A model generated the notes under the pieces. That model made no database searches. It was given only the letters and a program-made list of their open reading frames with translations, and was not told where the DNA came from. Shown here piece by piece: positions 21,486 through 34,311 of a stretch of DNA of 64,000 nt. Origin of the DNA: Acanthaster planci (taxonomy: Eukaryota); the NCBI RefSeq assembly GCF_001949145.1, contig NW_019091355.1:494083-558082 (forward strand). Reading direction: 5' to 3'. The position numbers were made by a program, and so were the translations under genes. Position 1 is the first letter of the stretch. Each line of letters opens with the position of its first letter.

Positions 21486-24400
21486 TGCTGGAGCTTATGA
21501 GTGCAATTGCATTTACGAGCCAAGCTTCTTACTTTACCACCATCTCCGAAAATGTTGTCTTATACATGCATACGGGTTGAACTACTCGTCCCATCAGCTC
21601 AGCTCATTGGCCAATCAAATTTACTTAAAACGGATGTTCCAACCAAATGCAGGTATTTTGCTAACGTTGACCATTCGGAAATAAACAAATTCTGATTGGT
21701 TGAGGGTCCCGTGATTCCCTGCATGATTCTGCGTAGTTTGCTGTCACCAAGCACAATGAAAAAATACTTTTAATTTTGTGGCCGCAAAAGTCATATTGGT
21801 TATAGAAACCTTTGATGGGTACGGCATAGAAAGATTAGGTAGTCCTTCCGCAACAACGACTGTTTAACGACGGCAACCATGCTGGGGCAAGTCTTTCCTG
21901 CATCAAATTCCAACCGTTATTGCATAAGTTATTTCAGTGTATGTATAAAGGCTTTGTTTTGTATCCAGCCCTGCAGTATTTTGCATTGAACACCTACGTG
22001 CCTGGCAAGACGTTCATCTAGTTGACGTGACCAACGAGAGATGTGAACATACATAGCGCACTAAGAGAAGAAAAATGCTGAAAGTTCAATCATGGAGTTA
22101 ATGGACATAAGTCACAGCCGTTTGGCTTTTCTTTGTTTACAAACAGTCATTATCATTTTGGTTAGACAGCTACACTTTGTAGACAGTTGCATCTAGGTTG
22201 GCACCAGTTCTAGTGTCAAATAGCTAAGTAATATTTTGAGCTTTCCATGTGGCTTAATTATTCAGCCTTTTAAATAATTATGACAATAATGTTACATAAT
22301 TATACGCGTTTCAAAATCAGCAATGAAGCAAGCATAGCCGTATTGTGTAGACTTTTGCTTAAATGTTGATTTTACTTTCGATAGTTTTGTTATAGCCTCA
22401 TGTTAAGCTATGTACACCTGACGAATTGGACCCTTGTATTTGAAGTGCCTCCTTCACAATGCCCTGTTTACATTCGATACTCAAGTGAGATGGAGTGTTT
22501 TATTTTGTTCGTACCAATATGCTCACCTGCTTTCCCGCTCACGTCGAAGAAATTACACCGCATACTGCAGGGGACGACCTTAATAAGTTAATGGTGCCTG
22601 TAATAACTAATGCGTGCAGGCACTTCGCGAACACGTGATGAGCAAAGTTGAGGAAAGATTAAGTTTTACAGAGATATATTAAGCTCTTGAACGAAAGAAG
22701 CGTTTGCGAATTTTATATGTATGTTTTGCTAAAGATCAGTGGCCAACGAGCGTTGTGCAACATTTACATCAGCTTATATATACAGGTGTGTACTTCTAGC
22801 TTTTGTACAGACGTTGCCTGAGAGCTCTCCTGCAAGCAGATGTTATGGGCAACAGTCGTGAGCTATGCTTGAAAGGGCTAAATCATGTGCAAGTAGTTCC
22901 AAGTGCGTGGGCCTACTGTATATTCCCATAGCCAGTTGAGGAATCACATTTTCCATTGTTCCAGTTTGTATTCTCTGTGCAATTAGGCATCGTTTCAAAG
23001 AAAGGTAAGGACCGTTCGATTGGAATGTTTGTGAATAGGATCTTGCAGGCATTCATTAGCGAAATACAATAGAGCAGTAGCCCTACTTGTTCCTGAAATT
23101 AGCTCATTTTGTCCTAGAACAGAAGACTGAAAAACAGACTTTTCGAAATTCTGACAGTGATTAACAAAAATGTGCATGTTTGATCTTGGGACGCTATTGG
23201 GACGAAGGCGTAGATATCACTGATAATTATGTTTTTAAATCCCGTATCGTTTACTGTCTATATACGTATTAATCTACATGCCAACCTGTCCTAATGACAC
23301 CAGTCATATCACGTCAAATTCGTAGAGACTTTTATCATTATCTTGATTAATTACCCAAGGTTACACTCGAGGTTAACGTGCCAGAGTTGAAGTAGGTAGA
23401 AATACATTGTCCTATGCTAGTGTGTTCATATTTAGAATTTTGAAAAGAAGCTACAAAAGGTCCTAAGGGCATTTTTGTAGCTTTGGAGGGAATGTTTTGA
23501 ATCGGCGAAATTTATTAGTATAAGATGTTAATAGGTTGAATCACCTGGATTTTCAGTCTTGCAACTTGCACTGAGATTATTACCAGCTATTTTACCTTGT
23601 AAGCAGTTCAAAAAGTGAGAAGGATCAAACTCGCCAGAATTTTACGTATAGAGCAATCTCAATTCCTCTAATTACGCCAAAATTATCTTGTATACCTCTA
23701 ACACCTGTACAAACCTCTGCAGTTTCTTAATCTTGTTAGGTAGAAAAGCTAATTGTCTTCCGCTAATGGATAAGACAAGAGTTGAAGAAAACTTCATCTT
23801 TCCAGGGAGCAGGTGTCTTCAATTCGTTGATTTGTCATTTCATATCCTGTTAGTGACTTACATAATATGCTGTTTGATGGGTGTTGCTGTTAAACCAGAT
23901 TCTTTTTGAAATCAGAGATGATTTGGCTGAGTCCTCTGCTTACTAAGGCTGAATGCAATTATTTTGTCAGTTTTGTGGTAGGCCTAATGAGAAATACTAT
24001 TAGCTTCAGTGACGTATCCAGCGGGGAAGGCACACCACCTGGAGACATGTGGTTATGTATTTGTTAAATAATAAGGGTCCACACTTACAGAAACGGATAA
24101 GAAATGGACAGTCGTTTTCAGAAAAATCCTGTCACACCTGGGCTGAAAACCTAATGCGCCACTGATGAGCTCCGGTAGATGGGTCATAAGAGGGCATGTG
24201 GAGGCTCGTTAGTATAGTATCCTGCTGGTTGGAGCTATCTTTGTGTAGGATCACCCCACTGTCATAAGGCTCTACGCGACATGAACATGATGATGCAGGA
24301 AGGGAGATTCACACAGACTTCTCTCGTTTTTGTTTTGTTGTGTTTTTATTAGTTTTGTTTTGTTTTCCATGTTTGTTTGCTGTTGATCTAACAGTGACTT

Positions 24401-24713
24401 ATCTGATCCATTTATCCCAGTTGTGGGGTGTGTTATGCGTGGCCTTCGAGATTTTTCATTGTTAAAGTCTGATCTATTAGACAGTGTAAATTCACCTTGG
24501 ATTTTTGAATACTTTGAGATTTATACAAGTTTTTAGAAGTCAGATTGTTACTGAAACCGATTTACGATTCACTTTGTTGAGATTTCCATTTATGTATCTT
24601 TACCACTCCTCCCCACTTTTGCAGAATTGATTGGACTAAGTTTAAGAATACGAAAAATAGCCAGTATCTACGACTGGAACTCTCTCTGCCACACTTTACT
24701 TAAAGGCTTTTTC

Positions 24714-26904
24714 ATGGCCGAGGAGAAATCACCATGGCAACTGCGCCCTGGCGACCTGGAAGCATTCGTTTCTTCGCACTTACGTCAGACGGACAGTTTC
24801 TTAGCTGAACTCCGGGGCGCGCTGCACAACATAGTGGCATACATCCAAACGCAAGCTTCGTTTTCCATATCTAGATATGTCGTGGTGAGTATTTTTATAT
24901 AGACCCATCTACCAATAACATCTTTGTTTACATGCGCGCTTTCAGGCCCTTAACTAGGATTTTTCGTGGGGAGAGGGTGAGAATCCTCAACAAAGCGGAC
25001 CAAGAATAGATCTTTTGCTTTTTATTTTGAAAAACAGCAGGATTCAGGAAGTCGTATCAGTTGCTATAGGGGGTTACAAGTAAACTCCCGAAGAGGGGAT
25101 TGACCGAGGTGAAAAATACCGAAGCGCCCGGCATTTTGTTTTTTTGCAAAATGCTCTACTACAGCTCAAAAATTTTTCTTGCCTCAAAAGTGGGCCTTTG
25201 AGTCACGTTGGGGTGCGAACGCACCCCCTGCACCTCTCTAGTTAGGGGCCTGGTTTTCGTATAGGAACCAGGACAGGAAGGGACTATGGGCGCGTAGCTC
25301 TGTGCGAAAGTGCGCATGTAAACAAAGCATTACGTCATGAGTGTTACCGGCCACGTGCTGCCTATTGATGCATTACGTGGCAGGAATTTCATGGCTGTAG
25401 AAAGAAGCTTGGACTTTGAAAACTTTTACTCGTAAAGGACAAAATAAGTAAAAGGTGCTCGAATTAATCTGGGAGAGCGCATTGCCGTAAAGGAAATAAA
25501 GTAGAGATGTATGCACTGCAGTGTTCCTCCGATAGTACAACAGTGCCCTCACTTGACAGAAAATTGTTGTTTAAAGCACTTTTCAGTTGGGTTAAAAAGG
25601 ACCAGTCGAAGAGGATTCTCACATTTAATTTGAGTGAAGTGTTGTACATAAAGTTGGTGTTGTTTATTGACCCACAGGGCGGCGATCTTGCCGGAGGTAC
25701 TACTGCCCTCAACGAGGACGCGGAGTTTCACCTTTTCCTTTTCCTCTCTGACTTTCGTAGCATTGACGATTACCAGAGGCGTCTAGAGGGCGTCTTGACC
25801 GAGACACGCGACCTGTTAAGCTCTGAAGGCGTGCTGCACGTGGTAATGCTCATCGAGCCAAACTGCGTGTCAGATGCAGACGGGATGCAGGTGATACAAG
25901 TCAGGGTCATGGCAGGGGAGGAGTGGCTGGAAGGGACCATTGTCCCCGCTGTTGATTTAATTGGATCAAGTCCAAAAAAATGTAAGCTTACAGAAATTTC
26001 TGAGTTGATTACATCTTAGTTTTTGAATTGCTTATAATTTTGTACTTCACCGAATGTCGCACGACAGCATATCTGGGATATGCTCGCATAGTCCTCGTTT
26101 GCTATTATATTTTTGGGTTTTTTTGCACCTCAGTTGTCCTTTTTTCCTTCTTTTTTGGCACAGGAAGTGGTACTCTGAAATTCCTGAATTATTGCCAATT
26201 TATGTGTTTTTTTCTTTTCTTTCACGTGTTACTTCCATTTACAGCAAACAAAGAAACCATGTACCGCCAGTTTGTGTTAGATGAGGACAAGTCCCCTTAC
26301 CAACCAACCCTGAGCGATCTAAGATTGAGCCTGATTCAAAGCCTACCGGCTCCCGTGAAAGACACCATCTTATTGGTCAAACACTGGCGGAAGTATCGCC
26401 TTCGTCTCCGCAGTGACAAACCAGAAACGCGGTTCTATGAGCTGTTAGTGATCCACTGCTGGGAAATCGCGGGAAATCCCAAGACGTTTGACCTCACTGT
26501 GGCCCTCAAGTGTATCTTAAGTTGCCTGAGCGAATGGAAAAACATCAGCATTATGTGGGAGGACAGCAGTAGCTTAGCATACCAAAGAAAGATAGCAGAG
26601 GCAAAACAGCGGGAAATTCTTGCAAGGTAAACAAAAAATATCATAAAATAATCAACCCATTATTATGGAAATAATTGTCTCTGTCATAATAATGTTTCCT
26701 TTATCATGATTCCTATTTGTTTAACGTTGAAGATCACATGATAATGCTGGACCAATCGCACTTGACCCCATTGATCCACGTGTGGAATACTGCACTGACG
26801 TCAAGACTCTCATCTGGGACGAGATCTCGCGTACGGCGAGAGAGACGTTGATGGAGCCTCTTTTCAAAGGGTTGTCAGACGACGCCTCGTGGAAGACGAA
26901 ATGA
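24714..26904 (+). CDS. OAS: 2'-5'-oligoadenylate synthetase (OAS)-like protein, 342 aa, probably catalytically inactive
   Basis: Exons 24714-24884, 25678-25981, 26245-26626 and 26733-26904 (1029 nt, intron phases 0/1/2, no internal stops). OAS motifs: VV|GGxxxxGT.L (intron at the same site as vertebrate OAS exon A/B), IVPAVD, ILLVKHW, FYELLVIHCWE, LDPIDP and a terminal W. A splice acceptor at 24624 implies an upstream non-coding exon. The exon 4 acceptor (GAAG) is weaker. Confidence 0.85.
24943..25252. mobile_element. MITE (CAGGCCC...GGGGCCTG termini) nested in an older palindromic element in the OAS-like intron
   Basis: TIR pair CAGGCCCTTAACTAG / CTAGTTAGGGGCCTG. It is flanked by a second inverted pair at 24922-24943 and 25306-25327. 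Confidence 0.6.
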
Positions 26905-29900
26905 GCAGAGCCAAGTTCAAACCTATCCACTTCCACAATACTGAGCATCAAAAAAACCAACTTATAACATCCCCCCATGCTGAAATACGGCCACTGAAAA
27001 TTTCAAAACTAGTAAATTTTTACCAGAATATGGTCCCATTTCCGTGCACTGTTGACCAGATTGCTGGCCCATAATATGGCACATGATGTGTGTACTATGC
27101 TCAAATATTAGGCCCCATAGGCTCACATGATAGGTAAACTGATCGCAACGACTTTTTGAAGTAGGCAAACCGTTTCAACAATAGTATACACCACAGATAT
27201 ATAAACACATGTATGTGGTATACAGAGCTTAAACAGCTAATTGTGCCATCACTGGCCATCTTCAGCGTATGTGTGTTTTGGAAAGATCTCTTCCGCTTCA
27301 ATGACAAGCGCCCTCTCGTTACTCTACGCCCTCCATCGAGGGCACTGCGCTTTAACTTAAAATTATAATAGGCCTATTATTTGCATAATAAAAATCCCTC
27401 CCTTTGTTAGACGCGGGTATGCACAGTAAAACAAGAGCTGAAGCCAAACAGACCATACTCATGGTTAAGCCATTTTGGTTGTGTTCCCTGTATGTATTAT
27501 GTTCAATGCAATCTGTCAAAATAATAAAGCAGTACAGACTATCTTGGGCTCGAAGCCTCGCTTTCAATTTTTTAAATTGTTGCTTGAAACATCTAGATCT
27601 AATTAATTACAAATTAAAAATTCTTCATCCGCATAAATGACATAAATTTCTACAGTAATAGCGTTTATTTCAGTGCTTTCCTTTTTATTCTCTGGTGCAT
27701 AAATCAAAGTTATGTGGCCGACTTGTGAATAAGGCCGATTGGTGACGGTTCTGTTAGAAGTAGGCCTACCGGTACTGAAGGGCAAACTCTCAACCTCTTA
27801 ATGATGAATTTACCCATGTATTTCCGAAATTGTTCATAATGAGTAATATTCTAAAACGAGTTTCCAAACCAGAGAAACTTAGTTTCAAACATCAAAAGCA
27901 TTATTAGCCGACCCCGCAATAAATAAACAGTTTCCTTTTTAAGAAAAAGAAGTCATAAATTTTCCAACATTTATTTGATGATTCTCGCTACTTCCCCTTT
28001 GCCAGAAAATGTACCAGAGACTTAATTTTGGTACGTCTGTCTCTCCTCACGTATGCATGATAAATTGCTGTTTATATCGAGTTTAATATCCGTCAAACCT
28101 CATGCAAGCCAAATTAATTCTCCAGCGAAACACATGCGTGAGAACCTGGTATTCGTTTAACCTCACCAAGATATTTAGTGCGCCTGTAAAACAAATCAGG
28201 AATTCTATCGGGCAATTTCCCGCCTACTGATTGAGATTTTGTGTGTCTTGTTTACCTTAACGGTACGCCGTCTGATTTTTTTTCCATTTTTAATATACGG
28301 GCAAAGAAAAGGCTCCGCCGGCAATTACTCTCATTTCTGGGTCAGTGTAACGTTGATTTCAGGGGTAAGATGGGTAAATTTGCATGCTTTGGAGAACTGA
28401 GGGTATTTGCAAGCAAGGGGATCTTAGAGGAAACTGACTGCAGGTTCCCTTCTAGAATTTGATTCTTTTGGAGGCCTGGGGATCAAACTGTGGAATTATG
28501 TGATTAATGCGATTACTTGCGTGCATATTCCTATGATGCAGTGGTCAATATTTGCCTTGTTACTACTGCCTTGCGTAACATTTTACCGCACACTAGAAAG
28601 AACAGACAGCCCAACGTGTGCGATTCCAAAAAAATAGATTTGATTTCAGTAATTCATGAATTCGATAGGCTGAGGTCATTGAACTCTGGCGATCGATGGA
28701 CATGTGTCAGTATCAACGCTCATTCAGCGGGTAATTTGAGTCGTATTTTCACTTCTTTTCTGCAGTGAGGTTGTTGCTCCAATATTACGAGATAAGATGT
28801 GGAGGGGTCTTCAATCCTGACTGAAATTTTGGGTTTCTTCCTAAGGAGTATATTTTTCTTGTAAGTTCTGACGCTGGTGTATCATTAGAACTAGGAGTAT
28901 GGGACAGAATCTGAATCAACGAATAAACTGCATGAAAACTGAAGCATTATTCTATTCGCGAGTACATTAACTTCACCCACTCTTGATTTCACCCACTCCT
29001 GAAATACTTCAGCGGCGCTTTCAGAACGCCATTTTACGGTGGATTTGCTGTCGCCAAAGTGGCTTACATTAACAAAAATTATGGAAACTGCAACACACAA
29101 TCTTGACAAAATGTGCTAATGAAGTATCAGTCATTTGGAAATTGTATCCAGTTCCAAAGGTCAGTGTACGGCGTCATCTTTCTACATGAGATGGGATTTA
29201 TCTTGTCGCCCCCAAATGATAAAGTGTTCAGACTGAAAGTTATGCCCTCCCGCTGGTTTGGTTTCTGATCCCACATCAGCTCTGATGAAAAGATTCATTG
29301 ACAGGCAGTCGATTACATCGATTAATGAGGGTTGGACCTTGGGGGATTTCCTTCCGATGCGCTGTCAATGGAACAGAAAACAGAAAATGGTGGACCTTGT
29401 AGATCAACCACAGTGATGTATCGATCACGTCATGCATATAACGTGCCACTCTACCTAGAGCCCTCGTAAAACTGACGTATTGCTCGTACCGAATTCAAGC
29501 CTAGAGTATAGTGACTTTAGCAAGCAATTCTTTGCTTGTTAATATCGAAAAGGAAAGCATAAGAGAAATTGTAACCTCTTTGTAAGGGCCATCTCTCAAA
29601 CGCAATTATCGTAATTCATTCATTTATTATTCTAGGTCATAATTAATAGCCAGTGTTTCTTAGATTAACTCTCTGAGAATGGTATACCAAGAATATATAT
29701 ACGGCAATTCAAACCTCTCGTCTTTTGTTTCTGCGTGGTAAACTGTTTAGGATGCCTTATAGTCTTCGTTGTTAGAAACTCTACTAATGACCTGTTAGAT
29801 AAGCATCTTAAATAAGTCACTGTACATGTAAGCTGATTCTATAAGCACAAGTCCTGAATCCGATAGAAATTTGGTAATACCTTTAATTAGTTCGTGCCTG

Positions 29901-30939
29901 CTGGTTTGTGTGTTGTTCCCTGCATATGCCGATGAGTCTATTGGAGAAGGCTTGTAAATCACAAAGTGAATTACGACTTCTTTTCTCTGAGTTTAACTCG
30001 CCTTACAAACGAAGGGAATATATGGTGACCTCTTGTAAAAAGGTCAAAGTGATACTCGTTATTTAAGCTTCGTATATAAAATGCATTTCATGGCGATGGG
30101 ATTCGTTATGGTACCGAATGTTTATGGGCAGGAATGTGATGAACATCAGATGGAATTTCCTGGAAATGTCTTCTATTGCATCTCTTTAGCTTATGGGCTG
30201 AACGCACAATAATTATTGATGAAGAAAATAATCCTTAGTTATTTGCAAATGAAGTGTTCTGTGTCATAACCCGCCGGATCAACCATAAACTACTCCACAG
30301 TTGGAACAATACAATACTGCGAACCAACTGGAGTAATTGGTGTAAATACTTGGATCAATCATCACTTTACTTACTAAGACTTTCCACGATGTGGAGGACT
30401 TCAGTGAAGTAATGAGTTATTCGAAACTATTAGCACTGAACCCGGACGGTGAAAGATGATCTCTGAATTTCGTCAGTTTTGTATCCTCGTTCGATCCCGG
30501 AGGGCGTTTTAAGGCAAAGCCCTGAACTGCGCGTCGCGTAAACTTAATGTTAGGGTAAATGTTTTTGTCTAGCTTTACTTACAACATTAACAGACGAGCG
30601 TTGATGGATATACAGATCATACATGTTGTCTCAGGTGTATCGAAGTGGTGCTTTAGGGCACCCAGCTTAGTCCCTGGGAGGTATAATAATACACCGGAAA
30701 TCATTGCGTGGCATGTGAAACTCTCTTTTTGATCAGGACAAACTTTCCACGGAAGTGTCTTCATTTTGGGTTTGTCTTTCGCACCCCAGTTGGCACTTCG
30801 GATGGATAATGATTCCAGTGATAACCAGTGTCAGTTTATGTTTAGCTTGTCAAACTGAGTGGATAAAATATATGCCTAGTTAACAAGCTAAACTGATTAG
30901 GCCTTACTATTCAAGAATGGATTTGCGCCGAGGAGATGT

Positions 30940-31085
30940 AAATTAATTTTGTTTTTTTGCCCTGCTCTGTGCTCAGTGTGTGCCCCCGAAGGCTTGTGAA
31001 AAAAAAACACAAGCGTACTCGGGTGGGACTTGAACCCTCCTCCTACTACTAGTGCAGACTCTTAACCACTGGCCTACCAAGCTTG
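30940..31085 (-). mobile_element. tRNA-derived SINE fragment
   Basis: The minus strand has an A-box-like TGGTAGGCCAGTGGTT (31064-31079) and a B-box GGTTCAAGTCCC (31025-31036) at tRNA-like spacing, followed by non-tRNA body sequence and a T run. Boundaries are approximate. Confidence 0.45.
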
Positions 31086-33472
31086 CCGGTGTGGGCTTGC
31101 TGGCAGTGTTAAATATACGTCGGGCAGGGCAAAAATTCCAAAATTAATAGACCTTGTCGTAAATGCAATAACGGAAGGAAGGCGGAACTATTAAGGAAAG
31201 GTTCCCTGAAAATCTGAACCCCTGTATGGAATTCAGCCCCATTATGTGTGTAACTACTATCTATAATTCATCACAACTTCTATGTGAAACTAGCCCAGAA
31301 CCATGACAATCGAAAAACTTGTTTAGCGTGTTATTATTAAGTCGAGCGCCCTCTATTGCATGAGTGGCGCTGATAGGTGGAGAACTCTATCCTGCGCCGT
31401 CAGCCGATCGTGACAACATCGTATTCCCAGTTTGTTCATTTGGTGCTCATACGGTGTCAAATCGAGTGCTGCCGCGGTAGTCACATCATGGTCGAAGGAT
31501 ACGAACGTTACCTCATTATGCGTTTACTTGATGTTGAAGTGCAGTGATTTTGATTTTTTCTATCATGTGAAATCGTCTTGTTTTTTCACAATCTTAAAAA
31601 TAACCACAGACGAATAAAAAACAAACACATTTTAATTCAACAAGTACGCACAGGTACACCAGTGCCGCATTCATCCTCAAAACTTTCCCAATTTTTTTTT
31701 AACGATGTAAGTTATTCTTGCCAGCTCCCTCTGCTACCAGCTTCGTCACTGACCGAACTAGTAGCCAACAGGTCCTGGTCTAGACAGGCTGGCGGCCACA
31801 CACAGTGATACACGCCACGCCAATTATGACGACTGTTATGATGATACACAGAAATAATTTATGTTATAAACAGCTAAATGGACTGGCCACTCAGATGGCA
31901 ATTGGGGCCCCTAGTGAGCCCCCTTCACTGTCAATTGACCGCCACTCACGGAAAAGAAACTCATTTTTTATATATAAATATAGGCCGTTGAGACATTGGC
32001 TCACTTTATGAGCTTGATGTGCATGAGTTTTGGATAGTAGCTTTGGATGCGAGCATAGTTTTATCCGCATGAGTTTGGAACAAATGGGGCTGACACCTGC
32101 TACAGAACAGCTTTAAATATAAATATCATATATGCCAGTGTGATTAATGGGGCGACCTGTCGACTCCTTTGTGTTGTTGAATTGGTATGGCCTTTTTGCA
32201 TGCAGTCGCCACTTTGACAGGATTATACTTACAGAACAACGACTTCTGTGTCACAGGATTATAGTGAAGCTATGAGGCGAAAGTGCATTACGTGGACTAA
32301 CTGCCAGTGCAGCCTCTTTTTCAACGTAACCATGCGAAGCGCCCTCATTGATGCTGCGACGCTCCTTCAAAACAGTTCACTTTGGCACTCTGAACGCTGG
32401 TGCAATGTGTTTCACATGTGGACTGATCTTTAGTGGTTTAGCCTTCTCACCTTCGAGACAAAGCACTAATGGGTTTGGTAATTAGATTTGTACTGCTTTA
32501 AACTTGAAGTGGGTGTAGGTGCAAACAGGCTTTTAGCCGGGGGGGGGTTCCGTAGTAGTACGCCACTGGATTTACCGTGATGGTTCTGATTTCCTGTTCC
32601 TGGGTTGTCGTATCTGTATACTGTTTAGTTAGGTCGATGACATCTGCCATATCAGACATCGAACCAGACATGTTAAAAAGCAAATAATAAAACCTCTAAA
32701 CTTAGTGAACCACCGCAAACGGGTTTTCCGATTCCTGTGGATATTACTTGATAATCACCAATCATTGAACATTTGTTTCCTCGACTTTTTGTGTTATAAT
32801 TGTTTGTCTGGCCGCTGGGTGATCTTACATCTTTCTAGTTCTACATGCTATCGATAAAAATCGAATCGAGGCTACGTGCTGGACACAAACCTGAAGTTGA
32901 AGCTGGTATACTCAAAGAAGTATCGCCGGTGATTTATGGCTTTTAATTTGTCAACCATCATATCGCATGTATCTTGCTATGAAGCTAAATTCTGATAAAA
33001 AGTATTTTTGGCGATACTTCAGCAAAGTTTAATCTCTGATTTTCTTGGAAATGTTTAACCCAGGAACCGTTGGTTGTTGTTGTTTTGTTTTGTTTTGCTT
33101 TTTTCCTTTTAGAGCTACAAACACTCGACCAACGCTCCGTGTACAGACCCAGTTTGGTCAAAACTTCGTTTTCACAGATCAATAGTTTAAAATTCTCAAG
33201 CAAGTACAACAAAGTTAACTTTGTTATACTTAACTTTCAATGAAATAGATATACTTTTTTAGAGATCTTGGATTCGTGGCCCTTGCACAATGATAAAGGT
33301 CCCAGGAGAGACTTGGACAAGTCTATCCATGGGTCGATTGTTCTTCGGTCAATGCCCCCTGTGTGTCGGCAATACTTCGGGATCATGTTATAACTGAGAT
33401 GTTTCCAACTTATTGAATGTGACGGGTTTCTTTGCTGCTTGACCAGAGTGCGTGGTCAGAGCTTTTGAGAGT

Positions 33473-34311
33473 AGAGCCTGACAGTTGACCCCTGATGGCG
33501 CGCTTCCGGAACCCTTGGACAGGAAAAATAACGTGCAAATATATATTACAAGAATTTGTAATATTTCTTCGTTCAATTTCTTCTTTAAAAATCCAACTTG
33601 GAAAAAGGGGCTTTGAAAAATATTTGCTAGTGTATCAATTTATAGAAACTGAAAAATTACCTGACCTAAAAGAGAAATATCCTGCCAAAAAAATACCCAT
33701 CACTTCCAAAAATCTAAAATACATGAAGTACAGTGCAATACAGCAGTCTGTACGCAGATGAATATTTACTGTTTGAAATTTTATGGCAGTCTGTGGGTAA
33801 AACCCAAAATAAAAACAGATCCAAATGTTTTGCACATTTTAATAACTTATAAGGTAATAAACATAAAGCAATATTCAATTTTTACGAAAAATTCTAATAT
33901 TTTATCTAACCTTTGCTGACAACAACTGCGTGGTGTCAACTCAATGGAATCTGGAACCCATCGACTGCAGGTAGGTAAATCTTTGCAAGGTTGTACAATC
34001 TCGTTTTCAAGAAAGCACAGCGAGTGAACCCAAACGTGCATGAACAAGGAGACCTAGGTACGATATCGCTGGAAGAAAAAGGTCGTTAAGGAAATTCGTT
34101 TTTTACCCATGTCCAGGTGACTTTTCCTAAAAATAACTTGAGAAAGACAAAGGTAAAGTTCCAATATGAGTGTTTTATGCGGTGGTTTCAGTAAGGAATT
34201 ATTTTTTCGAAAATTTTGAACGTGATAGGACGGCCTGATATAAAAATCACCGTAGGCAGACCACGCAAGGGTTCCGGAAGCTCGCTGCGTGACCTTTTAC
34301 TTTCAGGCTCT
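33473..34311. mobile_element. Non-autonomous DNA transposon, about 840 bp, copy 2 (same orientation as 19264-20122)
   Basis: Same termini AGAGCCTG...TCAGGCTCT and colinear internal sequence as copy 1, with scattered substitutions and indels. Confidence 0.85.

Noticed and set aside
25507..26244. Hydrophobic N-terminal parts of ORFs 25507-26019 and 26028-26630 as TM segments of the OAS-like protein
   Set aside because: These are T-rich intron and polypyrimidine sequence read in frame. Clear acceptors lie at 25677 and 26244.
31019..31085. Possible tRNA gene
   Set aside because: A/B boxes are present, but I could not fold convincing acceptor and anticodon stems. It is treated as a SINE head.
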